A DNA stretch of 64,000 bases from Gordius albopunctatus (GCA_964276515.1 OZ193909.1:21204001-21268000); one strand, 5' to 3'. Shown: positions 12,822 to 26,039, counted from the stretch's first letter. Notes: generated from the sequence alone by a model not told the origin. Translations and numbers: made by a program.

Positions 12822-14545
12822 TCAGGTCGGAAGCCGGCTGTAAAAAGCAACTCCAAACACCATGGCAGCTTCAAATACGAACTTATACCAGAATGCTAGG
12901 GCGTCCTCCCCAAACGACGCGCATTGCATCATCCGCCCGTGCAATGTGAAAAGTATACAAGGGTCACCGCCTCACTCACAACGATGGCGGTTAAGGAACC
13001 TAGTTGTCGAACGGACAAGAGTGGCTAGCTGGAATGTGAGCACGCTGACGGGGAAGAGCACCGAGGTTGCGCAGATGCTAAAAAGGCGAAGGATACACAT
13101 AGCGTGTCTACAAGAAACGCGGTGGCATGGAACAAAAGCCAGGGAGCTAGGAGATGGTTACAAGCTATACTACTCAGGTTCCCCATCACGGAAGAACGGG
13201 GTCGGTATAGTGTTTAGCGATTCCTTTAAGGACAAGGTAGTCTAAGTCAAACGATGCTCAGATAGATTGATGTGCATAAAGCTGGCGGATCAAGGCGGCC
13301 TTGTCAATGTTATTTGTGCGTATTCGCCCCAGGTTGGATGTTCCGAAAACGAGAAGGACGAATTCTATGAGAAGCTCGAAGAAGAAATACGCTACGTGAA
13401 GCCTGACGAGAATCTCATCATCGGAGCAGACTTTAATGGGCACGTTGGGAAAGAAAGGGGCGTGTACGAACGAAATCACGGCGGGCATGGCTATGGAGTG
13501 AAAAATAAAGAGGGAGAGAAGTTACTACAGATGGCGCAAGCTTACGATATGGCCATTGTGAATACCTTCTTTCAGAAGCGTACCGAACATTTAGCGACGT
13601 ACAGTAGTGGAAATCACCTTACACAGGTTGACTACATATTAGTGAAGCGCAAAAATTTGTGGCAAGTTAAAGATTGCAAGGTTATACCGGGGGAAGAAAT
13701 CGCCAAACAACATCGACCAGTTGTCCTCGATATAGCAAGAAAGATTTTTCCCGTAAGGAGAAAAGTCTACACACCAAGGACAAAGTACGAAAAGCTTAAG
13801 GATGATCATGCAAATGAAATGTTTCACACTCGAGCAACTCCGCTCTTGAAGGGCTTGGAGGGCGACATTAACAAAAGGTGGGGCACCGTTGCAAATGTTC
13901 TAAAGGAAACGGCCTTTCAAATATTGGGACGAACTAAGGGCGGCAGAGCTCACAAGCGTGAACTATGGTGGTGGAATGACTCGGTCAAAGAGGTTATAGA
14001 AGAAAAGAAGGCGTTGTACCTACGATGGTACAAAACGAAGAAAGGAGAAGACTACGAGGCATATCGTGAAGCGAAACGCAAAGCTAAGATAGCGGTCGCG
14101 ATAGCGAAGAAAGACGCTTACACCGAGATGGCAAACAAGCTCGATACCAAGGGCGGCGACATAGTCATGTATAAACTCGCAAATATCAGGGAGAAAAAAA
14201 GTCGAGATGTCGGGACACTTAAAGTCATTAAAAGCGAAGAGGGACGAACGTTGTGCAAACCGAAGGAAGTCATCAAAAGATGGAAAGATTATTTCCAAAA
14301 TATGATGAACAAAACGAATGATAGAAGACCGCTTGAGAGGGTGGAACCGAACTCGAACTTGGTTTTACCATTTCAGGCTTATGAAATAGGAGCACAACTA
14401 ACGAAGATGCTGAAAGGGAAAGCGCTAGGTCCCGATGATCTACCGATCGAAGCTTGGCTTGGGTGCAAAGGAGAAGGAATCGACATAATGACAGGCCTAT
14501 TTAACGCTATGCTGTATGAGAGTCGTATCCCTGACCAGTGGAGAC
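12770..14545 (+). mobile_element. RTE-clade LINE, intact 5' end, 3'-truncated (second subfamily)
   Basis: 5' UTR, ATG at 12862, APE domain and linker in one frame with a single stop (13243-13245); homology to the 7597 element ends at RIPDQWR (~14545), where unrelated sequence follows. Confidence 0.93.
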
Positions 14546-17119
14546 CGGAAGTGATTAATGGGATCCTAGTTTGTATAAATGTTAAATCTTCAAAATTGGG
14601 ATATGAGTTGGGCACATTAACCCTCATCGTGTATTGTTCACATTGCACGGGCTTCGTTTGTGGACGACGTTCTCGCTTTCTCTTGTAAATATTTGTTTGA
14701 AACTATCATGATTTTGGAGTTGGTTTTTATAGCCAGTTCCCGACTTTAGGCCAACCCTCCACATTTTGCACATGGACTTGGGACCGTCGTAGGTAGCGTT
14801 TTTTACGGGCGCACTATGATACCAATTAAACAGGCGCGTAGCCAAGGGGGCAGAAAGTGGGAATTTTCTGGCCCCTTGGCCAAAATTTGAAATTTTTTTG
14901 TTTAATAATTAGATTAAATGGGTTAAAATATTATAGTTTAGTTGCATAAAAGATTTTGAGACACTTATAAAAGTCTGGAAACATAATATATACATTCAAT
15001 TTTTATAATTTAATTTTCAACTTGCACCCCCTACCATTCTAATTTTCCACCATTGATTGTAAATTGTATGTATGTATGATTTCCGCGAAGAGTTGTAAAT
15101 TATGAAGAATTCTATACAAAAATTTTTCCCCCTTAAAATACCAAACCCTGGTATTTCTAATAAGTGACTTAGGCTTTTATTTTATGTTTATATAGTATTG
15201 ATTTCTTATATATATTAATATTTTTATAAATATTGTGATTACATTGCCAATTTTAAAAATTTCTAGAGGATTTAAATTTGTCCAATGATGAAGATTCAAT
15301 TGAAACACTCACCTATTGTTTTAAACAATAATATTGATGAAAATGCCTCAACTATTCTAAAGTCAAATCAAATGGTATATGTAAAATTTTATCTTTTTTA
15401 GTTCCTGCAATTAAATCTACGTTAAAATAATACCACTAGGAGAATAAATATTTAGAAGTATTTAAATTTAATGTGATATTGCAAATATAAGATTTTATTT
15501 AGGCTTGGGCACAAAAGTGATATTGATCATCGGAGAATCCCCGGTTGTATATGATAATGGTACTGTGTGGGCACTGGTCTCTGTATTATATGGAAACTAC
15601 AGAATATTATTAGGTGCAATTTATTAAAATCGACATAAATTTTATTTTTAAATAAATATTTGAAAATTACTTGATCTGCTAATTTGAGAGGTTTGCAACT
15701 AGTGGTGATCAAAACCTAGGTTGGGTTTTCCCGACGTGGGCTTAAATACCTTAAGGTCTTTTATACACCCAAACCTTAACCCGGGGTTAGGGTTAGGTTG
15801 ACCTGGGGCTAATGTTTTGAAGTATAGGGGTGAAATAAGAGTATATTATTTTTTAGATATGCATATATTTCTTTTTTAATGAAGAAATAAATTATTTTTT
15901 TATTTAATCAATGTGTAGATTACTTAAAAAATTTATTCGAATTATTTTTTAGCGCCATCTAGGTTGTTAAAAAGTTATATTATTTATTGCATTGCAATGG
16001 AAATGCAATGCTGCAGCAATGAATGCTATTCCTAATGCATATACTACCCTACCTACCCCCACCCCATTCCCCAACACAACCCAATACTTGGGGTGTATGT
16101 ATTAGGTTGTGTTGGGGTCTATTAGGTTACTTTTTTTGTTTGAACTGTTGAAAATATATATTATAAAGTTAAATTTTTAGCTTTAAATGATTAACCGAAT
16201 AAATTATAACGAGTGAAAATTTTTTTATTTCAAACTTATCCTAGTTGTAAATACGTGTAATAACAATCTAATGCATTTTATATTAAGACTAGCTGACCCA
16301 GCAAACGTTGTTTTGCTATATACATTATTTCTATAAAATACTATAAGCGATGTGCATGTTCATCCTTATGCCTCGATCATATAATGAGCGATTAAAATAT
16401 AATTGTCTTATGGGAAATAATTCACGAATTTAATGTAGGAAGAATTATTAACACGCTAAATATAAACACATAAAGCAAAGTACTTAACATCAAATTTTTT
16501 ATTCCTTTGCTTTACACATTTTGCCTATATAAATATACTGTCAAATAAATTAATACATGCCTAAAGAAATATTTAATTTGTAAGTTGCCACAGGTTTATT
16601 TTTTTATTAAAGGTGTAAAAAACTTTTTTTGGTCCTACCGCAAAATCACGATTCTGGCAAATGACTGTTTTCGGACTTCAATCAAAACGCCAACCCCCCC
16701 CCTTGAAAATCTGTTTTATTTTTGCGCCTGAACATATTTTAGCGCGTCCAGCTTTTCACTTATTTGGGCAAACTACAATTCAGCTTACATCTGCTTACAA
16801 ACTTTAGGTATATCATTAGCCGCCAACTGAGCTTTATTGCAATAGGGTCTCATTGTTATCATGTTTTGCTGATATATTGTGTAGTTTAAGCCAACAGGTA
16901 CAATTATAGACGTAGCCCGACCCTCTACCCTCAATTTACCCTCCGTTAATTTTTACTATTGCTTAAATTGTATAGGAAATGAATGCTCCTATACGAAGAA
17001 GAGCCTAATAAGACCACACAAAGACAGCAAGTAGACAGGGGTTTAAGGGGCGGAGCCCCTTGAGTAAGATTTAGAAGGGCAGCCCCAGCCGGGGTACAGG
17101 GGTGAAGCCCTTTGTTTGA

Positions 17120-17495
17120 ATCTTCTTCTTCTTTATCAGTTATTCGGTCCCACGATCGTGGGGTTTGTTTTGATAAGTTTTTTGCATCTTGACCGGGTGA
17201 GTGCCATGTCTTGACTACTCTTTAGTTTTCATAACTTTATCGCCTTGCCCGTTCCATGTGACACGGGGTCGTCCTCTTCCTCTCTTGTCCGGCACCTCCA
17301 TGTCGAGTACTTTTCGATTTAGGTCATTCGTGTCCCCCTTAGTATATGTTCATACCACCTTAACCGATTTTCGTTAATCATGTCCGCCATAGGTTGAATA
17401 TTCATTTTTGTCATGAGAAAGCCATTCGTCATATGGTCGAGCTTAGTTTACGCCAAGCTCAACCGTAGAATTCTCATCTCTGTGGCTTTTGTAAG
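17120..17495 (-). mobile_element. RTE LINE 3' fragment with (GAA)n tail, interrupted by the P-like element (short continuation ~19195-19220)
   Basis: Reverse complement of the RTE 3' end seen at 10110-10480 and 10601-10794; tail reads TCTTCTTCTTCTTTATC on the + strand. Confidence 0.9.
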
Positions 17496-19186
17496 CATAG
17501 ACTACATAGACTGCTCATGTCATATGTACCATATGGCAAAATGTGTGTGTTTTATTCCGCCATTTTGATGAACAACAGCGCACTATCTCACATATGCTCA
17601 CATAATGTCTTATTGCTCGGTGCCATTCTGTACGAACGAGAGAGGTAAAGACCGAAAGTTTTCTTTCCATAAGTAAGTAATATATTACTAGATAAAGTAT
17701 ATTTTTAAATTTTTTTAGGTTTTTAGTAAAGAATCCACAGCTTTTAAAAGCGTGGATTCACAATATTAAACGAGATTTTGAAATTAAAGAACATTCTCGC
17801 GTGTGTTCGTATCATTTCAGATCACAAGACTTTTACCCCTCTTCAACAAATTATCATCAATTAAGAGAAAATGCAGTTCCCACAATATTTAACTTTCTAA
17901 GCTATGTAAGCCTAATTATCCTTTATTGGTTGTTTTTATTCAAATTATTTATATTGGTTGTTTTTATTCAAATTATTTACACTTTCTTGTATTTATTAAT
18001 ACATAATTTATTAGAAAGATACACCAAATAGACAAACCTATAACTCAAAAGCAACTCCCTTGAATGATTCAACAAACTATTACAAACCAGTTCCCAAGAA
18101 AAGGAAGAAAATATTTATTCCAGAAAAAAGTGAAGAAGAAATTTTGAGGCTTAAAACCACCATAAGAGTCAACAAGCTTGAAAAGCAAAATATACAATTG
18201 CAAAAGATTGTTAACAAATATAGGACGTATTCACAACAATATAAAAGAAGAATATTCTGCTTAAATGATATTATCAAAAAAATGAGAGAAGTGTATCAAC
18301 TGAAAGGAGATGAAGATCAAATACTCTCCAACTATTTTGGAGATGAAGCTCTTACATTACTAATAAATCATAAGAAAGCAGGTGGGATAGGCAATCCCCA
18401 TAAAGTAATATATTCCACAGCCTTAAAGCAATTGGCTTTAACTCTCCATTTTTACTCTGCCAACTCATACAGATATTTAAGGCAAATGTTTTGCCTCCCA
18501 TCAGAGTCCACTTTAAGGAGATGGAGCTTGTCATTGGACATAAAGCCAGGTAAAATTTTATAATCATTGTATAGGTCATGAATCTACTACTCTATATAAA
18601 TGTTATATTTTAAATCTAATCTTTTAGGCTTTTTAAAATGTTCCTTTGAAAAAATAAAAGATATTTAAGATAAGGCTAATTCTAGCCTTTATATAGCCAT
18701 TTCTATGGATGAAATGGCTATACGTAAAAATATCCATTGGGATGGTAATCAATATCATGGGTAATCAGCTATATATTTGAAACCTTATTGTATAATAGTT
18801 ATATTGATTTAGGGCATCATATGACTGACTCTAATCTAATTCCAAAAGCTTCTGGTGCTCTTTTTTTGATGGCAACAGTGATTACCTTTTTCGCTAGTTA
18901 ATTAGAATGAAATTTTAAACATAATATAGATGGCTCGAAATTATTAATTTTAATATCATTACAGTTTTTACATTATTAATTTTTATGAAATATGTTAATA
19001 ATATTTATTTTAAAATACTGTTTTTGATATTTACTAGTTCAAAATGTTTCATTCACCTTTTTAAAATAATTTAATCTACAAAAATTACTATAATCTATAT
19101 AATCATTGCTATATAAATTGTTTATCAAAATGGCGGAAAAAAACACACACATTTTATACCGTGATGAGCAGTCTATGTAGTCTATG
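17496..19186 (+). mobile_element. P-element-superfamily DNA transposon, internally deleted
   Basis: Perfect 23-bp TIR CATAGACTACATAGACTGCTCAT; perfect 8-bp TSD TTTGTAAG (17488-17495, 19187-19194); subterminal inverted TGTGTGTGTTTTATTCCGCCATTTTG. Confidence 0.95.
17605..18760 (+). pseudogene. THAP-domain P-type transposase, spliced, truncated
   Basis: Exon 1 (17605-17672), a 46-nt intron and exon 2 give MSYCSVPFC...FHKF...W...VCSYHF...AVPTIF (THAP C2CH). A later exon has YSTALKQLALTLHFYS..YRYLRQMFCLPSESTLRRW; the next has an in-frame TAA before SMDEMAIRK; the C-terminal half is missing. Confidence 0.9.
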
Positions 19187-20871
19187 TTTGTAAGCCACCC
19201 TTCCCTGGTGTTTAATGCGGATGCTTAATAATCAATTTTTAATTCCTTAATTAATTTATTACCATAATGTCAAGTTCGACAAAAAATAAGGTTTTTTAAA
19301 CTCACTTTGTTGTTCACATGTATTCCATCTTTATTTAGTTATTTTAATAATCCACAGTCCAGGTTTAAAATGATCCATAAAATGACCACTGTATTACATT
19401 AATTTGTATGAGTAGTCCGGCTCGAGGCGAAAAGCCATTTTTATTTTTGACCCGAATCGAGCCCGGAGCAACATCATAAATCTCGCTTATTTCCGAAACA
19501 TGCGAATATCCCCTAACTTCCTAAGCAAATCCTCCTTTTTGTTTAAAATATGCCTAGATATACAGCATTAAAAACTGAGATATTATGAGGGGTAGTAAAA
19601 AAGCATTGCCCACAAACCTTACTTTGGTCAATAAGCTCTCCGTGTACTCAGATAATTCATAAAAACTTAAAGCAGCCGGTATATGTATGGACGTAGTAGC
19701 CAAGCCCTCAAACATTAAGGCCCGTTTCCCCCCCCCTGCTTAAATTTCACAGCAAATGAAATTTTTTTCAACGGAGTGTAGAAGAGCTTAGGTTAAAGGC
19801 TCGACAAAAAACAACACGGGGCCCAGGGTACCTAACACCAAAGAACCGAGGACAACAACCTTGTTAGGAGTTAGGGGCGGAGCCCTTCTTAGAGGTCCGA
19901 AGAACTGAGATATATCAACATTTATTGGCAATTTGTTAAAATTATTTTCATTTTTCTCCTTATTTAACGCGCAAAAAATGACAAAATTAGATTTTTAATT
20001 TATTTAGCCACGCAGGAGGGGACACCACCGTCCTATAATAATAATAATTGACGTGAAAAATAAGCAAAAAAATGACTTTGATTTAATGTTTAAAATCGTA
20101 AAATGTTTCCATTTTCCGCAACACGCCTACTGCATTTATCACACTACCTACACGATAGATACGCAGTACGTCATAAAGTTGCGTTTGAGTGACATTTTAT
20201 TAAACGCCAAGACGTATAAAACTAAATAACTTGACCGTATAATGACTTAGGAATTAGGAATATAGTTTAAAACCTAGGCTCAGACCTACCAAATATTCGC
20301 AGAAATTTTCATCTAAATCGGTCCAGCAGTTTCGTAGGAGTTGAGGACCAAACACCGTGACACGAGAATTATATATATATATATATTTGCTAGTTTACCA
20401 TGGGCGTAGCCAGCTTTCGGATCAGGGGGGGGGCGAGCAAAAAAAATCGCCGAGACTAAGTGAGAGCAAAAAAAAAGGTCGCCAAGACCTTTTTTTGGTA
20501 TTTAACGTTAGTAATTAAAATATTTTGCTATTCTTTGGCCCCAAACCACATAAAAATTCATTATTAATCAACAGTACAGTGTACAGAGGATATTTAAACG
20601 ATGTTTATTAAATTATATATTTGTTTATAATACAATTTTATATATTAATATTGTAAATACAAAATTACGACACCATCCATGTACAAGTAGCTTAAGAGTC
20701 CAGTTTTGCGAAACCATTTATACGGTATAAAAAATTTGATGAATGTCGCAAAGTCCACCATGACAACAGCTTCAGTTTGTCCTAAAAATGGATAGGGGGC
20801 ATGTGAGTGTAAAATATTAAAAAAACGTTTATAAATTTTTTAAGATCTCCTATCAATGCCTGGCTTTATAA

Positions 20872-23010
20872 TCACATTAAAGTAATCTTTCTAGGATTTT
20901 TGGCAAACTGTTCAAGAACTTCAGACTGGATATATTCTGTATTTTCCTTCACTAAATTTCTATGAATACTCATTAGACACAATCCATTCAACCGATGTTC
21001 TGTCATTGTGGACCTTAGCCACGTTTTAACTCTTCTTAACGTACTAAATGACCTTTCAATTGTACTCGTTGTACAAGGCTGCGCTAGGGAGATGAGTAAA
21101 GCATTTTTTATATTTGGAAAAAAAGTTTGTGCTTCAAGCAGTACTGTCCTCATTTCCATATTCTCCAATGTATCCTTATCTAATTTTTTCTCAAGCCATA
21201 AATTGTACCAAACTTCAATTTCCGTATTCAGATCTTCAATTTCATAAAAATTTATCGAAGTTTGTATATTTTGTTTTATTTTTTTAATTGGAAAATTTAA
21301 CATTATGTGAGGATGTAAGTGATGTAATAAATATGCCGGAATGTTGTGCTCTGAGAATCGGTCCTCTAATGATGTAATAAAAGAATCCAGATAGGGAATT
21401 AAGATGGATATTTTCCAATAATCAGAGAGGGAGTTCGCAGGAGGATTAGAGCGGTGCTTTTGCCGTTGCGCAAATCGTGGAGGATTCAATAATTCTATAT
21501 CTGAATTGCCAGCAATTTGCTGACTCTCTGCAAAAATTTCCATCATGATTTCATCGATATTTTTACGATGATACTTAACGGTGTTTATAATGCGCTGCAC
21601 ATGATTATGGCATTGCATGAAATCTAAATTTTTGGCCTGCAAAATATCACAGACTGGTTCTAAAATTTTATAATATTTTGATATTACAACAGAAGATATT
21701 ATAAATTGTGGTGAGGTGCAAGCACAATGAAGCTGAAAAGAAGTTTTTCTAGTTATTGAATTGCCTTCTTCAGATAATTTTTCTAAAGCATTTACTATTT
21801 CTGCAAAATTCTTTGTAAAAATGCTTATACTATGATACTTCTGGGACCATCTCGTTTCACAGTAAGCAATGAGGTTTGGTACATATTTTCGCCTGATAGT
21901 TGATTCACGGAAAAATTTATTATATCTTTTATTGTAGCTGTTGTATTACGAATACAAGCTATTGAATTCAGATCATTCACAACGAGATTTAAACGATGAC
22001 TCGAACAATGAAAATATAAAGCCTTTTTATATTTATCTCTAATCAGTTTTTGAACTCCATTATCTTTGCCAGCCATAGAGGCACAGCCATCATATCCTTG
22101 TCCAACACATTTTTGAGGGTCCATTGATGCTCGAGTTAAGAAAGAGTCAATTGTTTGTGCTATCGAACCTGCATCCATGTTGTTCAATTCTTCAAAACCA
22201 AGAAACTCTTCTCGAATAATATCTTTCTTTTCGTCAAAAAATCTTAACCCTATGGATAATTGTTCTTTACCTGATATGTCAGCTGTTTCATCTGCCAAAA
22301 TCGAATAGGCTGATGAGTTTTTTACATCTTTAAGTAATAAATTTTGTACAACATTTCCGCACAAAACAATAAGTTGATTTTGAATTTGAGGGGATAGATA
22401 TGTAGAATTTTTTTTTAAATTTTCTTGTAAATGTTGCTTTAAATCATTGTCTCCTGAATTTATTTTTAATTCTATCAAATCATTAAAAATACCTTCATGG
22501 ATTGATTTGCCCCTAAGGGCTAAATCATGGGTTGCACAAAATATTATGGTGGAAATAATAGATTTAAGAATTTTTTTATTATTTTCAATTAGTTTCCGAT
22601 GAGCTGAAACAAGTTGAACATTAACAGGTACATTATCACCAAATAATTTGGCAGCCTTGGTAGCAGCCAAATGATACCTGCTTTCACGGTGGATTTTGCT
22701 AAACTCATGAAACTTTCTAAACCGTATTAATGGAGTCGCACAAAAAGCCCCTAAAACAGCTTGTACACTCTTTGGTGGGAAAATAACACAATATAAGCAT
22801 AGAGCACCTTTTAAGTGCGAGGAATAATACAACCATGGCTTGTAAGCCTCAAGCCACGACTATTTAAATACTCGTTTTTTGTCTAGCGCATCTGAGTAGA
22901 AGTCAGTCATAGTTCGGCAGTGGCTGCCAACATTGATTTAAAACCGCCTCTTTTCGTTCCGTACTTAATTTTTCATTTAAATAAAGTCCTAGATCAAAAT
23001 CTGAAATACC
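20872..23010 (-). pseudogene. hAT transposase main coding region (TTF-type Zn finger, DUF4371-like, DDE, dimerisation domain), disrupted
   Basis: WLYYS...ALCLYC; SILADETADISGKEQLSI; GQGYDGCASMAG; HCSSHRLNLV; ETRWS; TIERSFSTLRRVKTWLRSTM..RLNGL. One-base frameshift near 21910 and a stop near 22860; small upstream exons at 23.1-24.8 kb. Confidence 0.92.
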
Positions 23011-24199
23011 ATGGCCTTTATAATATTATTTAAAATGCGTTGTATTTCAAATAAATCAAAATCTTAACAATTATATTAGTTTCAAATTGTACCTTTATAA
23101 GGTTCTCTAACTGGCTCATCGTCGTCTTCAAAATCTTTATCTTTGTTTCTACTTCTTCCTGCAATTAAAAATTTAACAAAATGCAATTCAATACAAGATT
23201 TGAAATAAATGTTATATTTAAAATTCAAAATTATATTAAAAACATTAATCTATTTTTTTACCTAAACTTGAATTATCACTTTCATCAATATCTAATCGAT
23301 CCACTTCACTATTTTTTTTTAAATGCTGCAATAAAAATTTTAAAATGAGTATTAAAACGTTTAACTTATTGACAATATTTAAATATTTTATTTAGGCTTA
23401 AAATTTCACCTTCATAAGGTCCTATAACTGGTTCATCGTCTTCTTCTTCTTCTTCTTCAAAATCTCTATTTTTTTTTCTTCGATTCCCTACAATCAAAAA
23501 ATTCAAATATAATTTAAAAACTTTTTCTTCTTTCATTTGCTAAATAAATTTTTAATAATAAATATGAAATAAATCTTGAATGTCATAAAAACATAAAACT
23601 AGTTGAGCTAATACACTCCAGAAAAACAATAATAAAGTAATATATATAAAAAATAAATTCAACATTAATTTAATTTATTTTATACCTAACCTTGAAACTT
23701 CGTCAGTTTCTATCGATTCAAACTCCTCCACTGATTCTTCAGTAACATTCTTTTTATTATTTCTTCTTTCATTTGCTAAATAAATTTTTAATAATAAATA
23801 TGAAATAAATCTTGAATGTCATAAAAACATAAAACTAGTTGAGCTAATACACTACACATCACACTGACCCCACGATAGTTACAAACTTGAATAAAAAACG
23901 CATTTTAAAACAAATTGATCTGGCCTTTTCAGTAGTCCATTATTTTATCAAAAACTAGGTTTGGGTAAAACTTTATAAGTTTTGGTCCATTACTTTTTAA
24001 AATATAGCATTTTGTGGTCAGATTATTATAATTGTTTAAAATCATCAATATCAAGCTCAAAGGGTAAAAAATGGTTCAGAATATGTTTAAAACATCCATA
24101 GCATAATATTATAATCTATTTTGATCAAGAAAATTAAAATATAACAATTACAATTAGTATCTTATATACCAAAAAATCAAACAAGTTTTGCTGTTATCA

Positions 24200-24603
24200 T
24201 AACATAACTACTACTTGGCTAGGCAATTAAACCCAACCCTTCATGGAAAGTAGGCTTAAAAATAGTTTACGTATGCGTACGGATATTAGAGAGGCTATCA
24301 AGAAAATCTTGAACATAAAAGATGAATCACTTCCCAAATTGTTAAAAAAATCAAGATATACCTTTTGTAAAAGAGTACAAGATAAAAAAACGAGACTTGG
24401 TTGTAACATGTCCTCCAAATTTGTCTGTTCTCTAACCATATATCTTAATCTTATGCAAAAATTGTACGTATAAAATCTAACATATTATCAATCAAGAGTC
24501 TTTAACAAACATAAATTCATAATTTAAAGTGTTTTTAACTAATAGTTTGAAAATTATGAGCTTTTGAGTCAAGAGTATTCCTCAACTCAAAATGTCTTGA
24601 GGG
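24200..24603 (+). mobile_element. piggyBac 3'-end fragment nested in the hAT element
   Basis: LARQL...PFMESRL...IREAIKKIL...R.TFCKRVQDKKTRLGCNMSSKFVC resembles the piggyBac C-terminal Cys-rich domain; ends TTGAGGG|TTAA (piggyBac terminus plus TTAA target). Left end not found. Confidence 0.65.
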
Positions 24604-26039
24604 TTAAAAAAATGAATATAATTAATTTTACCTAAGCTATCCCCTGATGAGACTGATCCTGAATTTTGATTTTCTAATTAAGTATAATGTATAAATGTAA
24701 ATATTTTAAATAAAAATTAAAAAATGAAATGAGAATAAAATTATTTGTTTTTTGAATTTTTACTGACCTTTTACTTTTTTAAGGAAAAAATTTCTAATAT
24801 AATATCCATGAATTTGAATTTGAATTTTGAAATAATTTGAACTGGGTGGGAATAAATCTATGAAGGAACTAACACAAACGCAACTACTAATCTCAATATT
24901 TAATTCTTATATAATTTAAATTTGCGTCAAAAGGTCGTGAAATAAAATTTTCAACATAAAACTTAATTTCAATCAGGGGGGGGGGGCGAAACACTAATTT
25001 TTTCCAATTTTTACATAAATTTACATTAAAAAATAGAAAAATTGCCCCCCCTGCCTACGGCCATGTAGTTTACTAAGGTGTCCAAAGGAGGGGGAAGTTA
25101 ATGTTTTGCGCGATTCAACGATAGACAAAATATGTAATCTCTAATTTGAAAGAATAATGCTTAGTCTTAATTTCCATGATATATAAGGTAAAATCTCAGA
25201 AGATATAATAATCTTAGTCATCTGTTACGTGTTTTGTCTTTAACTAAGTTGCTCTGGACTTAAGGGAGTCTATGAACGTTGCTTTGATAAGAATTGTCAT
25301 CAGAGTGCTAACTCAACTACAATGCAATTGGTTATATTCGCTGACTTAAATTGGATTAAGGCAAAATATGCAAATAAGCAACTACATCAGTCGTCAAAAA
25401 CAGAGAGATTAATAAAAAAACTCAACCTTAGGATGCCTAGTTTAAATGTTATTTCCCACAGATGAAAATAACAGAGTTTTGTATTTAATCAAATTTTACT
25501 AAAATTAATCGTTTGAATAGATGTTAAAGATAAAAATTTAATCGTTAATCTATACACATCCACATCATGCATAATAACCTTACTAAAATAATATTTTTCT
25601 AGACTTTCTTTGGTTTAAAAATATAACTATAAGACATTTATAACTAGTATGGAATATATTATTTATACACAAACTAAATTATAAATTTGAAATATTGGCT
25701 CTAATATAAAAATATCAATACAATAAAAAAATATAAACTTAGTATAATTAAGGCAAGCTTTGTAAGATGGAATAAATTCTATATATGCACAACACAACTG
25801 ATATACCATTATTCATATAATTTTCTATTGTAGAAGTTGGCTTTAATATTCAGAGATTAATACAGCTAGTGATCTATGTAAAGAATTTGGATAGTTCGTG
25901 TATATATTATAAAAAAGGAATAAAATCCAAATCCTATGTTAAAATTTATAATGGCTTGTTCATACACAAAAATCATGCGTTTTTAACGCTTTAAATTTGG
26001 CGTTAAATCCACCGCCTAAAGGATGCACATAGCTGATTT

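Larger units (their letters stand above)
16289..20386 (-). mobile_element. Helitron-like non-autonomous element, split by nested insertions
   Basis: 3' end A|CTAGCTGACCCAGCAAACGTTGTTTTGCT (CTAG plus hairpin). The candidate 5' end region CATCTAAATCGGTCCAGCAGTTTC...CACGAGAATTATATATAT resembles the 1703-2498 element. That both ends belong to one insertion is inferred. Confidence 0.6.
20399..25065 (-). mobile_element. Full-length hAT transposon (ZMYM1/P52rIPK-like transposase group)
   Basis: TIRs CATGGGCGTAGCCAG / CTGCCTACGGCCATG (13/15); perfect 8-bp TSD TAGTTTAC (20391-20398, 25066-25073). Confidence 0.95.

Noticed and set aside
14546..14688. Novel C-terminal domain fused to the RTE ORF (13267-14688)
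   Set aside because: Read-through into unrelated flanking DNA after the truncation point, with no motif support.
25240..25320. Hammerhead ribozyme on the minus strand (CTGATGA)
   Set aside because: No GAAA core or convincing stems II and III; other CTGATGA hits likewise lack the fold.
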